A stretch of 64,000 nt of DNA from NCBI GenBank assembly GCA_964016885.1, contig OZ024742.1, positions 238,080,001-238,144,000 of the forward strand, in the 5' to 3' direction. The DNA is from Eledone cirrhosa. Taxonomy: Eukaryota. This document shows, piece by piece, positions 15,291 through 27,819 of this stretch; the first letter of the stretch is position 1, and each line of letters opens with the position of its first letter. The notes below the pieces were generated by a model, which worked only from the letters and a program-made list of their open reading frames with translations, made no database searches and was not told where the DNA came from. The position numbers and the translations under genes were made by a program.

Positions 15291-15727
15291 ATATATTAAC
15301 AAATGGAAACTATATTTATAAAACCATATTTATTTCATTATACATATTTCAAGGGCCACCAAGGCAGATTATGGTGCGCTTTCATAAGATAAAATATAAT
15401 ATAGATTAGTTTTATAAATAAATATTGACATACCCTGAAAAATGCAACCTTCACGGTTGGAGTCTCCAACCGTGAAGGTTGCATTTTTCAGGGTATGTCA
15501 ATATTTATTTATAAAACTAATCTATATTATATTTTATCTTATGAAAGCGCACCATAATCTGCCTTGGTGGCCCTTGAAATATGTATAATGAAATAAATAT
15601 GGTTTTATAAATATAGTTTCCATTTGTTAATATATTGTATATTTACTCCAATTAATTTGTTGAGTGCTTTATATCAGTTATAAAAATATTTTGCTTGTTG
15701 TATCCCAACAAATTAAATATAACCTCT

Positions 15728-15729
<2 letters not shown>
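15290..15729 (+). mobile_element. Penelope-like pseudo-LTR remnant forming a 347-bp palindrome (15290-15636)
   Basis: Perfect 173-bp arms around a single T at 15463. Homologous to the PLE termini at 51891-52150 and 34994-35110. Flanked by (TA)n. Confidence 0.85.
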
Positions 15730-15793
<64 letters not shown>

Positions 15794-15922
15794 CCATTAT
15801 ATGTCTGTATGTATATGTGTGTGTATGTGTGTGTTTATGTATATATATGTGTGTGTGTGTAGAAGAGATAGAGAAAGAGATAGATAGATAAAGTATATGG
15901 AGTATATGGTATAAACTACGCC

Positions 15923-15955
<33 letters not shown>

Positions 15956-16616
15956 GCGTAGTTTAAGGTGGTTTTCTCATCAAAAGGATTAATATAATTT
16001 CTAAACTTCCGTGCCGTGTGTGATGTGAGGTTACTTTCAGTCGTAGACGAATGTAGATGAAACCAAATCAAAAAGCGAGCCTTATTAAGTCCAAACAACT
16101 GTAAAAGAAAGCCATTATGCGACGAAATTACTTGCCTTGGTCACAGATAAGACTAATGCTCTTACAAAAACACCAGGGAGATATTGCCACATAATCGTTG
16201 CTTTGGAAGATTGCGAGTAAAATGAGCTGAAAAAGCTAGTCTAATCCACGTGGTTCGTTTCTATGGTTCCACGTGTTTTCATACATTATTTCTTTAGAAA
16301 TAAATAATTGATTGGCTACTTGTTTCTCTATGTTGTCTGTGTTTGGAGTATGTGTGTGGAGGGGGGGGGGTATATTTTATACAAAAAGAGCGACGATTAG
16401 GTTACCGTGCACGGAAACAGCATATGGCGGTCGTATTTTTATATACGAATGCTTAGTTCACGTATTTCCGCTGCTTGCCTATGCGAGGGGAAACATAAAC
16501 GCCTCCAGAATGGATAATGTCAACAAGAATATGCACATGATTTTTAATTTGTTTTTAAAATACTTTTAATTAAAATGAGGTTGTGAAAACTAAAAGTATA
16601 ATGATCTTCTCATAAC

Positions 16617-16812
16617 AGTTTCTAATTTAAGCAGAAGGCCAGTAATTTTGAATGGAGGAGAAAGATGATTGAATTGAAGCTAGTATTTGACAAGTACTTT
16701 TTTATCAATCCCTGGAAGACGAAAAGTAAAGTTGGCCTTTGTGGGATTTGAACTCATAACGTAATCAACAATAACTAAATGCCACAAAACATTTTGTCCG
16801 ATGCTGTAACGT
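16617..16812 (-). mobile_element. tRNA-derived SINE family A
   Basis: Reverse complement of the head/core (gggatttgaactca, aaagttggcc, tactttttatc). Confidence 0.7.
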
Positions 16813-16839
16813 AAAAGGATATTTTAATGATGGCAAAAA

Positions 16840-17013
16840 GGGTGGTGAATTAGCAGAATCGTTAGCGTCTCAGTCAAAACGCTTTGAGGTCTTTGTTCCT
16901 GTTCTTTACGTTCTGAGGTCAGCTTTGCCTTTCATCCTTTTGGGTTCGATAAAATAAAATATCTGATAAGTACTGGAACCAACCCGAAACTAGGGCCTAA
17001 ATTAGAAACCATT
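16840..17013 (+). mobile_element. tRNA-derived SINE family A
   Basis: ggtggtgaattagcagaatcgttagcg ... ctttgcctttcatccttttgggttcgataaaataaa ... gcctaaattagaaacc. Confidence 0.8.
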
Positions 17014-18653
17014 GATAGCAAAAATGGTATTTGTATTACATTGACAATACAAAGACAATAAATATGAAATAATTGATTATAGATGAATATATATGCATTA
17101 TATTTTTCGAAAAGGCCTCTCTACTTAAGATCTGAACTTGGTCCTTGTTTATCACACGGACGAAGATGCATGTGTCTCGCATTATTGCAGTGCTTTGCTG
17201 GTCTCTTTCGCGCCAATCACCAGTCTGGTACTTCCTCTGACCCGCGGAAACTAGGTTTTTAATAGGCGGCCTTTACTCGCCTCATCGTAACTACATCACT
17301 GGGTTGTAAGAATTTTTTTTTTAGTTAAAGGTGTCATCCATTGCACCATCTCGCCTGGTAGTTTATCTCTGTTGGTCCGGGGTTACTTATTCGTCCGACA
17401 GGTGCATGCTTATATTGCAACTAGCTATCATATCTGGTGCCCGCTTATATTGCAGCTAGCCATCATATCTGGTGCCCGTATCACTATCCGCCACTTGCGT
17501 TCCGTTCACTAGCAAATACCAAATACCAAAATGCTAGAGATCAGAAAACAATAAATGACTGTAATGTACCTGAAATGTTTCAAGTTGAAATTCAAGTCAT
17601 AACCATGTGGTTCATCAACAACTCTTAAAAAAGCAACATTGATCACATTTTTCCAAGAAATCAACTAAAATGAATTGATAAAACTGATTACTGATCATTT
17701 TCTCTGATTTAACGAAGGAAATGTTGGTGTTCATTTAAATACATTGCGATTTGTTCCGCCTCATATTTTTGGCAAGAAATTGAAAGAAATCTGATTTATA
17801 ATTCAAAGATTTTCGATCAATATTTGAAAATATAGAAAACAAATATGAATAAATACTCATATCATCTGGTTGTTACACAATCTTAACACGCAGAAGATCA
17901 TAAGTTCAAAATTCACAGGAACTTCAATTGATGATATGCATAGGCATGTCGGTGTGTTTAAGGAAGCAGTTTGCTTCACAGCCACAAGGGTTTCAGTTCA
18001 GTCCTACTTCGTGGTACATTACGCAAGTGTTTCCTACTATAGTCTTGATTCGATGAAATATTTTCTTAATGAAATTTGTCTGACGGAATGTATGTGGAGA
18101 CGTGTCATGTAAGTGTATATATATATATGTGTGTGTGTGGGGGGGGTGTAAACATTATTTGAAAAGGTTTGAAGTGATGATGTATTTTCATAAAACTGTA
18201 GGAATCTCAGAGCGGGGTTAGCTGATTGATAGGTGCATACCAAAAGTTGGGTTAAAATTTAACCACTTATTGAACGGAAGAACGGGGTGAGAAAGAGAAT
18301 AGAAGAAAGAGAGTCTAAAGCACGAGATGAGAAATAAGAGGGGCACTGAGAGATAGAGAGAAGAGAAGAAAAGAGGATGGGGGAAAAGCGGGAATTAGAT
18401 CAAAGGAGCAAAATATTTTTGGAGAATTTCGAAAGATAAAAGCTGATGGAGAAAAGATGAAAAATACAAACTAAGGAGAAATACAGAACTATAGCGTCGT
18501 GGGGACCTCTTCAGCTTCCTTCTAGATCTACATGGTTTCGTGCAATAAAAGGAAATAGCATGTATATAAGGCTTGTCCGTGCAACAGAACTAAAATATCT
18601 GTTCGTCTGACACTGGTATACGCAAAATAAATAAGTCAAGAGAAAGGAGCCGT

Positions 18654-18902
18654 GGGACACGTCTGTATCGAGCTGTGGTCGACCGGAAAAGATACTGTTA
18701 TTCCGATGGGAACAGCAGGAGCAGCAGACGAGAAGACACCGGAAATATCAGCAGCAGTGGTAGTAAACAAGACAAGAGAAGAGATCAGTGGGGACACGTC
18801 TGTATCGAGTGGTGGTCGAGCCGAAAAGAGGCTGTCTGTTATTCTGACGGTAACAGTAGCAGCAGTAGACGAGAAATCAGCGGAAGTATCAGCAGCAGCA
18901 GT
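18654..18902. repeat. Diverged tandem duplication, ~137-bp period
   Basis: gggacacgtctgtatcgag..tggtcga..gaaaaga..ctgttattc..agcagcag occurs at 18654 and 18791. Confidence 0.85.
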
Positions 18903-18947
18903 TTCAGCAGGATTGGAGGGAGGCAACAGAAGGAGAGATAAATATAA

Positions 18948-21900
18948 ATTTCTTTATTAACCACAAGGGCACAAAAGAAGGGGACAAATACAAATCGGGA
19001 GTTTACATACAGGTATATGAAAATAAAACTATTAATAAAATAACAAATAACAATTGAAATCCCCAATAGGGGGGGGGGGCTTTACACAGGGGTTGTACAC
19101 ACCCCGAACAAATGTACAACCCTCATCTCCAGGAGCACCAAGAGTGAGTACTCCCATCCTCTCTTCCTCTTTTCCCTCAACCTACAGGCTTATATAGAGA
19201 GAAGGCCCAACCACTCGGGCCATCTTTGCCACATTCACCCACCTTTCATAAAAGGTGCTGGGTACAGCACCTCTCTCTCCATCCTGATTCTTCTTCCAAA
19301 ATGATATTTGAAAAGAATCAGTTGTTCCCCGGAGAGAAAGGTGTCTGATCTCAGCGCTTTTAACCTCGTCCACCATATAACCTCTTTCACCATAGCCATA
19401 ACACATAGGAAAACCGCCTCTCCCTCGATTTTGAAGGAGGGTGGCGGTTTGATCATGACAATGGACTCAGTGGTAAACTGGATTGGTCACACCCGCGACA
19501 ATAGTCGTTCTACATAGCCTCACAGGTCGTAACGCCCGGGCAGTGTACAAATGCGGGCGCGACGAGGAAACCGCCGCGCACGCATTTGTACACTGCCCGG
19601 GCGTTACCGACGGTTTCCTCGTCGCGCCCGCATCTCGGGCAGATATTTTTTGAAAAGTCCCTGCCCTGGCGCCCGTATCTGTAGAGCTTGTCTCGAACAG
19701 GTAGAGCTCCTCGGCAGCACTGCCAGGCCAGGGACTTTTGGAAGTTGTCCATCGGTCCCGGGCGGAAGGTCCTACCGAATAGACTGGCCAGTTCGTCCTC
19801 CTCTACGCCTAGAGTTTCTCCGAGCGCGTCGTCGCACTTGCTGCGGACCAACCCTCTATAGAATTACGAAGTGGAGTCTCCACTGATCGCCGGGTCCGTT
19901 TGCCAGAGGACTGAGCGCCTGAGCACATTCGATGTGCCAGTCGCCCATTTTCCTCGGTCTTTGCTTAACTCAGGACTGCAGTTCGGTCAGCGAGACGAGT
20001 TGTGGGAAGGCTCGCCTCACGAATGGGGCCCACACCGGTTGTCCGGTGAGGAATACATGGAGGTGCCGCAGCCTGAGCGCGTGTTTGCGCATCGTCAGCC
20101 ACGACATCCCCAGCCCTCCGTTTGAATGGTGTTGGCAGCAGATGGATCTTCTCACCGAAGAAGCCCGTTTCTTCAAAAGGAATTGGAAGAGCGCGCGCTC
20201 CATTTTGGTGAGCGTTTTGGCTGGACAAGGCACGACGGTCAAGCGGTAGTAGATGACGGACGCTATTAAAGTTTTCGCCACCTCCACTCGACCTTTCAAG
20301 GATAGTTTGCACTCGGCCCACTTCTGGGTGAGTGCAAACACCTTGGCCGTCACTCGTTCCAGTTCTTCTCCACTTGGAGGTCCGGACCAAACCAGACCCC
20401 GAGCAGCTTTACTGGTCCTTCACCTTGACACTTGAGCAGATGTTGCGGCTGTGCATTGCAGCAATCCAGCCCCTGAATACGGGTCCGAAGCCTGCCGCCT
20501 CGAGCACCGCATCCAGGTAACGATGGTCAACCCTATCGAAAGCCTTAGACTGATCCAAGTTGATCAGGGCCCCACCGAAGCCGGGTTTACACCCTACCAG
20601 CTCTATGATGTATAGCATGAGGTGGAGGTTGTCGTGTATGGACCTGGTCGGATTTCGCATGTCTGCGCTTCTCCCACCAGGTATTCGACAACAAGCGCCA
20701 GCCTCTTTGCCAACACCTTGGCCAAAATCTGTAACTCTGTGTTTAGCAGAGTTATGGGCCGGAAGTTGCCTATATCATCCCCCTTATTCTCGTCCTCCCT
20801 GACTAACGTGACTACGCCCTTGGTCACGGAACTGGGAATTCTCCTGTTCTGTTGCCAGTTGCAATAGACCGCTTCCAGGAGACCGGAGAATAAGTCCGGC
20901 ATTGCTACGTAAAATTCGTAGGGTAGACCGTCGAGACTGGAGATTTGCGTTTGCCGCATTGGTTCAGCGCGTCCCCTATCTCAGCGGCCGAAATTGGCCT
21001 TTCGCAGAACTTCGCCTCGCTGTCCGAGAGTCGCGGCAGGCCGTCGAGGTATGGGCTGAAATTCATAGCCCCTCCCGTCGCACCGCCCTGCCCGAACAGT
21101 TGAGCAAGGTGCCGCTGAAAGGCCGCGCACATCTGCTTCGGCTCACGTATCACGCGTCCGTCTTGGTCCTTCAAAGACCGAATCGTGGACTTGTTGCCAC
21201 TTTTCGCCTCTGTCATCGGGCCCAGCTAACAGCTTTGGCTCCCTCGTTTCCCAGAGCACGTATTTTGCTCCTGACAAAGCAGCCTTCGTGCTTTGCGTCG
21301 AAGAACTGGTCCAAGGCCGTTCTCGTCGCTAGCACGCTGGCTACGTTGCCAGTCCTATGTGCCTCTTCTACTTTATCTACCAGTTCCTTTTCGGTCTTAT
21401 TTCTATCTAACACTAATTGTTTACTAAAACCTAACGAGTCTAATCTGACTGCTCTCTTGAGAGAGTACCACCATCTGTTGTTGACAAGTGCTGCTTAACT
21501 AAAGTGCTAATCCGTCTACTGTAGACTTTGCATGTCGGTAACGACAAGTTCAGCTTCCGGTAGCCAGGTCCCTGTCTATGGGTTCTATCAAGGTTGACTA
21601 AACAGGTCACTAGTTTGTGATCTGAATAGGCAACCATGAACAGTTGTGGACGGCTTAACATGTCCCTATCACTAACTCTAACTAGAAACCTATCTAGGTA
21701 CGATCTAGATGTTCCGCTGTGGTTGGTCCACGTCCACATTGGCACAGTTGGAAAATCTAGTCGATATCTATCGGCCAGTTGAAATCGGCCAATTAACCGT
21801 TTGAGGCTGTTACACCGCCCCACCCACCCCACCCCCTCTATCGGGACATGCTCCCACATAGTCCCAACGTGCATCTAGGATTCCATTCCAGTCCCCCACT

Positions 21901-22745
21901 AACAGCAGGGAGTGGGACGTTCCCAGAAAAGTCTCTAGACGTTTGAAGAAGTCTGGCCGCGGTTTCCAGATGGGGCATATGCGGCCACCAGCCTGAAGGC
22001 TCCACCTTCACTACCGTCAACGTCTAGGACCACCAGTCGACCCTCTGGGTCCAGATGTACCGTCTGTGTTACGATGTTCAGGTGTTTCCGCAGCAAAACG
22101 GCAACACCGCCCCCACCTCGCAGCTGACAGAGAGATGAGTAGATCTCAAAGTCGTCGAAGATGGGGGCCAGTTGTCGCTCGCTGTGGATCCTGGACTCGC
22201 AAATAGCTACTACATCCATACTGTGCGACCTGAGGTCGTTTAAGAGTTTGCCCTGTTTCCAGGGCATCCCCGGGCCGCGTACATTCACACATCCAACTCT
22301 TATATTGACCATGCTGGTGCTGAAAAGTTAAAAGAAGAGGAAAAGAAATCACTCACCTCTTCGTCTCCTGTGGACCAGGCTGCACAATTTCCATGGTTGT
22401 GTTGGAGGGGTTGTTTCGTGCGGTGGTGATTTTCTGGTGGGGTGCGGACGGAGATGTTTGGTGGGGAGGGGGTGTCTGGTGGGATGGGGGTGTCTGGGGT
22501 GGGGGTGGGGAAACATTTTAAAAGGACGCGGTTAATGGGTTTAATGCAAGGATTACCCACGTCCTTAGGAAAGTGTTTCTTTAAAGACTTATAGGTGTCC
22601 GTAGAGAGCCTAATCATCTTTAAATTGGGTCTGTCTACACAGTTCGAAAAAGTTTTCCTTTCGGTTTTCACCAAAGGGTCGTTGGAGATGACCTCCATTA
22701 AGGTTTTGTGAAGGAGAGACAAATATAGATAGTTAGGAAGGGTGA
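18948..22745 (-). mobile_element. Tx1-like (L1 group) LINE, degenerate
   Basis: GC-rich block with ORF2 remnants. The 3' UTR has AATAAA on the minus strand near 18955-18960. The 5' boundary is uncertain and lies next to (TG)n. Confidence 0.85.
19182..22312 (-). pseudogene. LINE ORF2 (APE endonuclease, reverse transcriptase, C-terminal Cys motif), frameshifted
   Basis: APE motifs MVNIRVGCVNVRG, DVVAICES, SYLDRF, YSDHKLV. RT motifs DGLPYEFY, NFRPITLLN, LDQSKAFDRVDH. C-terminal GGLG and CPRCGRDEETV. Many frameshifts; the YADD region is missing. Confidence 0.92.
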
Positions 22746-22776
22746 GCATACCATTCTTTATATTAATGTGTGTGTG

Positions 22777-22808
<32 letters not shown>

Positions 22809-22811
22809 CGT

Positions 22812-22843
<32 letters not shown>

Positions 22844-23522
22844 TTATGTGTCTGTGTGTGTGTTTGCGTGAGTCTCTCTTTTCTATCCTACATCCTCGCA
22901 GTTTTACAAAAGAGATCAATAAATAAGTACCAGATTTGAAATAAAAATAAGAACTTGAGTCGATATGACTGACTAAATCCCTTCAAGATGTTGCTCCAGC
23001 ATGACAGGTGTCTAATTACTGAAATTTGATTAATTATCTAAACATTTTAATCAATATTTCACAGCATTCATCAATATTTCAAAATATTCAAAACAAATAT
23101 TACATAATTATTAAATGGATATTTAAAAAAGCAGTTTCCAAGTCATTCTGTTAATCTGACATGATCTTTCACCTGTAATGTATACAACAAAAATACAACT
23201 TAATATTTTATATGTATTAATTCTAATTAATTTGATAACAATCCAGCAAGCTATGAAAACAGTTGTGCTGAAAATTAATTATATAATAAACAAAAACAAA
23301 CGAAACACAGGAATTTCACAGACAATTCCTGTGCATTATAGAATGAATCATTTGAATGATAATTTAATAATTCTCTTAGTTAAGAAGCCCTTTGGCAATT
23401 ATAAATCGTTTGCTTCTCTTAATTACCTTAATGGTGATGTACATAAATCATTCCTCACGTTGCTAGTTAGAATCTCAGCTTAACTTCTTAACATATGTAT
23501 GCATGTATGTATGTATGTATGT

Positions 23523-24088
23523 ATGCTCTCAAAGAGCTGGCATTTGATATAGACAACCGAGAGGAGATAGCTCTAAATAGGGCTGAGTGGAGAAAGTGCA
23601 TAAAGGGCAGTTGCAAAAAGTTTGAGGAATGTCATCTAGAACATAAACAACTGAAGCGCCAGCTCCGGATCGGCTGTATTCACAGCCTTGATAAAGTCAT
23701 CAGTAGTTGGACGTGCAATTTCTGTCAGAGTGTACTCCTCTCAAAGGCTGGTTATGTTAATCACATAAAGTCACATGAAAGGATAACCACCTGCAACACC
23801 ACTCAACAAAGACCAGGCGAAACAGCGTGATTGATATGCAACAAAGTGTGTAGAACTAGTTCCCGACAAAAAAAAAACCCCACAGGGTGGTACATAAAGA
23901 TTGTGTCTCACGGGATGACACCATCGGTCCTGTGAAAAGCACAATTCTCTTCTGTCACCTGTGTCGTAAACGATGCAGATCTACAGCTGACCTACAAAGT
24001 CATCTATGAAGTCATGGACGCAGATGGGCTGATAACAAAGAATCAATATGTGACGGCAATCTTCTGTGAACACGCTGCAATCCTCATG

Positions 24089-24090
<2 letters not shown>
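23523..24090 (+). mobile_element. RTE-like LINE 3' fragment with tandem C2H2 zinc fingers
   Basis: ALNRAEWRKCI (RTE-type A.DR..WR motif), then CNFCQSVLLSKAGYVNHIKSH and two more decayed fingers (.ICNKVC.., CHLCRKRCRSTADLQSHL*SH). Flanked by (ATGT)n. Confidence 0.75.
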
Positions 24091-24136
<46 letters not shown>

Positions 24137-24588
24137 GAGGGAGGGGGTAATTATTGATTATTTTCAGAAGGGAACGAAAGTGAGCTACACCCATCATCCT
24201 TCTACCCTCCGCTTTTCTTAACTTTCTCTACACTAAAGAAATGTATAATTGCCTATCAAACTTGACCAATATTATCTAACATTCCTTATGATTTCAAACG
24301 AATTAAACAGTTCTAGTCCTTTACTGGTAATTTATATATATATATAATTTTTAAAAAAATATATATATATATATCAAAGGTTAGAAACTCAATATAGTCT
24401 CTTACAATTAAATGGCTCAAAGAAAGAGGTTTTTCTGAGCCGTGTAATATAATTGAACATGATAGAGAGATAAACACAGATAAAAACATATGTGTTCAAA
24501 TTTGAGTTTCTAACTCAATATATACCTTTGATATAGTCGGCTCCTTCAATTTTGTAGAGGTAATTTAAATGTCGTGTAAACTTGGGTG

Positions 24589-24630
<42 letters not shown>

Positions 24631-24646
24631 ATAATAATAAATTTTA

Positions 24647-24679
<33 letters not shown>

Positions 24680-24682
<3 letters not shown>

Positions 24683-25262
24683 TATTTACGTATCGAGAAA
24701 GAGAAAAAAGGGGAAGATAGTTGATACATATAGTTATTTGCCAAGTAGCGTATGCCAAAGGGGCTCGATACTAGTGCTGATACTAGAGCTGAAACTAGAG
24801 CTGAAACTAGAGCTGAAACAGCGATAAGTTGTACACATCGCTTAAAAATATCCTTCTTCAGATGGGTTAAGGATGAGTGAAACCGTACACCGGATCTCCC
24901 TGCAACAAGTCTTAACACCCCGGCGGGCAGGCGCTGCAAAATAACACCCAGGAAACAATCCTTGCATACCAGACCCAGCCTCAGACAAACAGATGCGGCA
25001 AAAAAAAAAATTGTCCGGGAAAGACTGCCCTAACACCGGCCGGAGTTACCTCCCTTGACCTGCTGCAAAATCAACACAAGCTATTTTTGCAAGCAATGAA
25101 CCTTGATGTGGATTTAACCCCAAAAACTCTTTCCGAGCAATATAAGGAACACTTTTCATTATTTATGCCCTTGAGAAGCCCAACTGGGCGAAACGTACGT
25201 AGGTGGTGTTTTAAATAAACATGTTTTAACGGTCTATTCTCCGATTTTTTACTTTCCCACGT
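24680..25262 (+). mobile_element. Probable solo PLE pseudo-LTR with decayed hammerhead
   Basis: GC-richer insert between (TA)n tracts. Contains 12-bp repeats (actagagctgaa x4) and gcccaactgggc-GAAA-cgtacg-TA at 25178-25201, followed by AATAAA. Confidence 0.5.
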
Positions 25263-25313
25263 ATATATATATATATATATATATTATGTGATATATATAT
25301 ATATATATATTAT

Positions 25314-25411
<98 letters not shown>

Positions 25412-25606
25412 GTGATATATATATATATGTATGTATATATCACATAAGAAACGGAGAATCAGTGGTGCGACAAATTAAAATTTATTAGACATATTACAAT
25501 CGTTTCTCTGGCGACCAGCTCGAGGCACGATCGATGCGATGATCGAACCTGACTCGGAAATCGCAAGATCCTCAAATACGTCTCGATTCTTCGAAGCAGA
25601 GTTTCC

Positions 25607-25668
<62 letters not shown>

Positions 25669-26178
25669 TAGTTGTGTTCAAATCATTTAATTACTGACAA
25701 TCGTTTCTTCCAAACATTATCAATGTTTGTACATATAATTAACCTCCTATTCAACTGAACAATCATATAGGTACATATATATTGATGTTGTGAGCAACAG
25801 TTTCGTATTTACAGGGTGTACTGGATGCGACCGATGACTCCAAACGAAAGTTTGGAAGAAACGATTGTCAGCAATTAAGATTTGAACACAACTTTGATAA
25901 TTGTCTAATTTATTTTCCTGCTCTGTAAAACACCTGATGTTCTTACATTGAGGTATTTCTCTTACTGGTAATAAGGTAGTAGGAAATTACTGACCTTTCC
26001 TGCTTATAGTTGTTTATAGTATATACATAACTATAAATAGTATCATTATTATTATTATTATTATATACAATAATAATAATAATAATGATACCATTATTAT
26101 ATATATAATATATAATATATATATAAAAATATATATATATTATATATATAATATGTATGTTATATATATATATGTATG

Positions 26179-26212
<34 letters not shown>

Positions 26213-26423
26213 TTTCTGAATTTGTTTAGCAAGATTCTTTATCTGAAATCGTGTGTTGAAACCGATATTGTTATACTTTGGGAGGGTCATGTTGCCAATA
26301 AGAAACACACGCACCAGTTGCTTTCACTTCAATTTAATTTATTAAATATTTATAAATTTACAAATTTATAAATTTCTGGTTGGTTGGTTGGTTCCACAAC
26401 CAGATAGTTGTTTATATATATAT

Positions 26424-26468
26424 AGTCATAGTTCTTTCGTCACACACTCTGTGACCTCTTCAGTGACT
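26424..26468 (-). ncRNA. Minimal type I hammerhead ribozyme
   Basis: agtca-CTGAAGA-g-gtcac..gtgac-GAAA-gaac-TA-tgact. Stem I agtca/tgact. Confidence 0.8.
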
Positions 26469-26752
26469 GGGGATTTCTTTCTTCGTTTCTGTGCCTTTCC
26501 TTTCTTCTATCCTACGCCATTTTGTTTGTGTGTGGGTTGCGCGCTCAGTTTGCGCATGCGCCACATCCGGGTGTCTGTGTGTGTTTGTGTTCATTTTTCT
26601 ATTTTTCTATTTATATTTTTTTTATTTGTTTGTTTATTTATTTATTTATTGTTGGTTGGTTGTTTGTTCTATGTGTGTGTGTGTTTTCATTTTGTGTGTG
26701 TTTTCAATTGTAAGTTGTTTGTTCGATGTGTGTGTGTGTTTTCATTTTGTCC

Positions 26753-27377
26753 TTAATTGTAAGTTGTGATGTTGCTGTTCCACTCATATTTTCTATTTAA
26801 TTTTGGTTTTAATTCTTTTATGCTTACTGCCTCTGTAATTTGCCTAAACATTGCGTCTTTCTTGTGTGTGGATTCTATTTTTATTTCTATGCTCTCTAAT
26901 TTACCCCTGTGTTCTATCTTAGCATGTTGGTAGAGCACAGATGATTCTTTATTATCTTGGAGGTCTCGCCAGTGTTCATTTATTCGTTCCCCTATACTAC
27001 GAGCTGTCTCACCTATGTACACTACATTTTTGTTTCTACATTGTCCTTCGGTACATCTTATGCTATATACTACATTTCTAGTTTTACAGTTAATATGGGG
27101 GCTTATTTTACAGGTTATACATTTCTTATCTATACATGAGGGTCTTTGGAACGGGTATGTCTTGCTAATATGTCTTGCTAATAAGTGTTTTTACGGAGGT
27201 ACCAGGTCTTTCTACTATCTTAATATTGAGATTATGTTTCTTTAGGGCCCTTCTAAATTTGTAGGCTAGTTCGCCTCTAGGGGTTGTATTGATGAACATT
27301 ACACTCTGGTATTTATTGCTATCATACCATGAGTTTATTCTATTGGCCTTGTTCTTAGTTCTTTCTATTCTATTCCA
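26753..27377 (-). pseudogene. PLE linker plus GIY-YIG endonuclease fragment
   Basis: KIVERPG, Cys-rich linker, RNVVYSIRC...VYIGETARSIGERINEH...RQITEAVSI...LNRKYEW. A frameshift near 27165-27180 comes from a short duplication. Confidence 0.9.
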
Positions 27378-27566
27378 AAACAACCAACCAACAATAAATA
27401 AATAAATAAACAAAAAAAATATAAATAGAAAAATAGAAAAATGAACACAAACACACACAGACACCCGGATGTGGCGCATGCGCAAACTGAGCACGCAACC
27501 CACACACAAACAAAATGGCGTAGGATAGAAGAAAGGAAAGGCACAGAAACGAAGAAAGAAATCCCC

Positions 27567-27611
27567 AGTCACTGAAGAGGTCACAGAGTGTGTGACGAAA
27601 GAACTCTGACT
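27567..27611 (+). ncRNA. Minimal type I hammerhead ribozyme (inverted copy)
   Basis: agtca-CTGAAGA-g-gtcacagagtgtgtgac-GAAA-gaac-TC-tgact. Confidence 0.8.
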
Positions 27612-27762
27612 ATATATATATAAACAACTATCTGGTTGTGGAACCAACCAACCAACCAGAAATTTATAAATTTGTAAATTTATAAATATTTAATAAATTA
27701 AATTGAAGTGAAAGCAACTGGTGCGTGTGTTTCTTATTGGCAACATGACCCTCCCAAAGTAT

Positions 27763-27818
<56 letters not shown>

Positions 27819-27819
27819 A

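Larger units (their letters stand above)
26215..27770 (-). mobile_element. Penelope-like element, 5'-truncated, with ~400-bp inverted pseudo-LTRs
   Basis: Near-perfect inverted repeats 26265-26665 / 27378-27770 enclose a GIY-YIG fragment. (TA)n on both flanks. Confidence 0.92.

Noticed and set aside
18495-18545. Minus-strand CTGAAGA and GAAA as a hammerhead
   Set aside because: The motif order and flanks do not give convincing stems I and II.
26388-27647. Twin ORFs starting MVPQPDSC
   Set aside because: They read through the inverted pseudo-LTRs. Only the part from ~27377 downward is real PLE protein.
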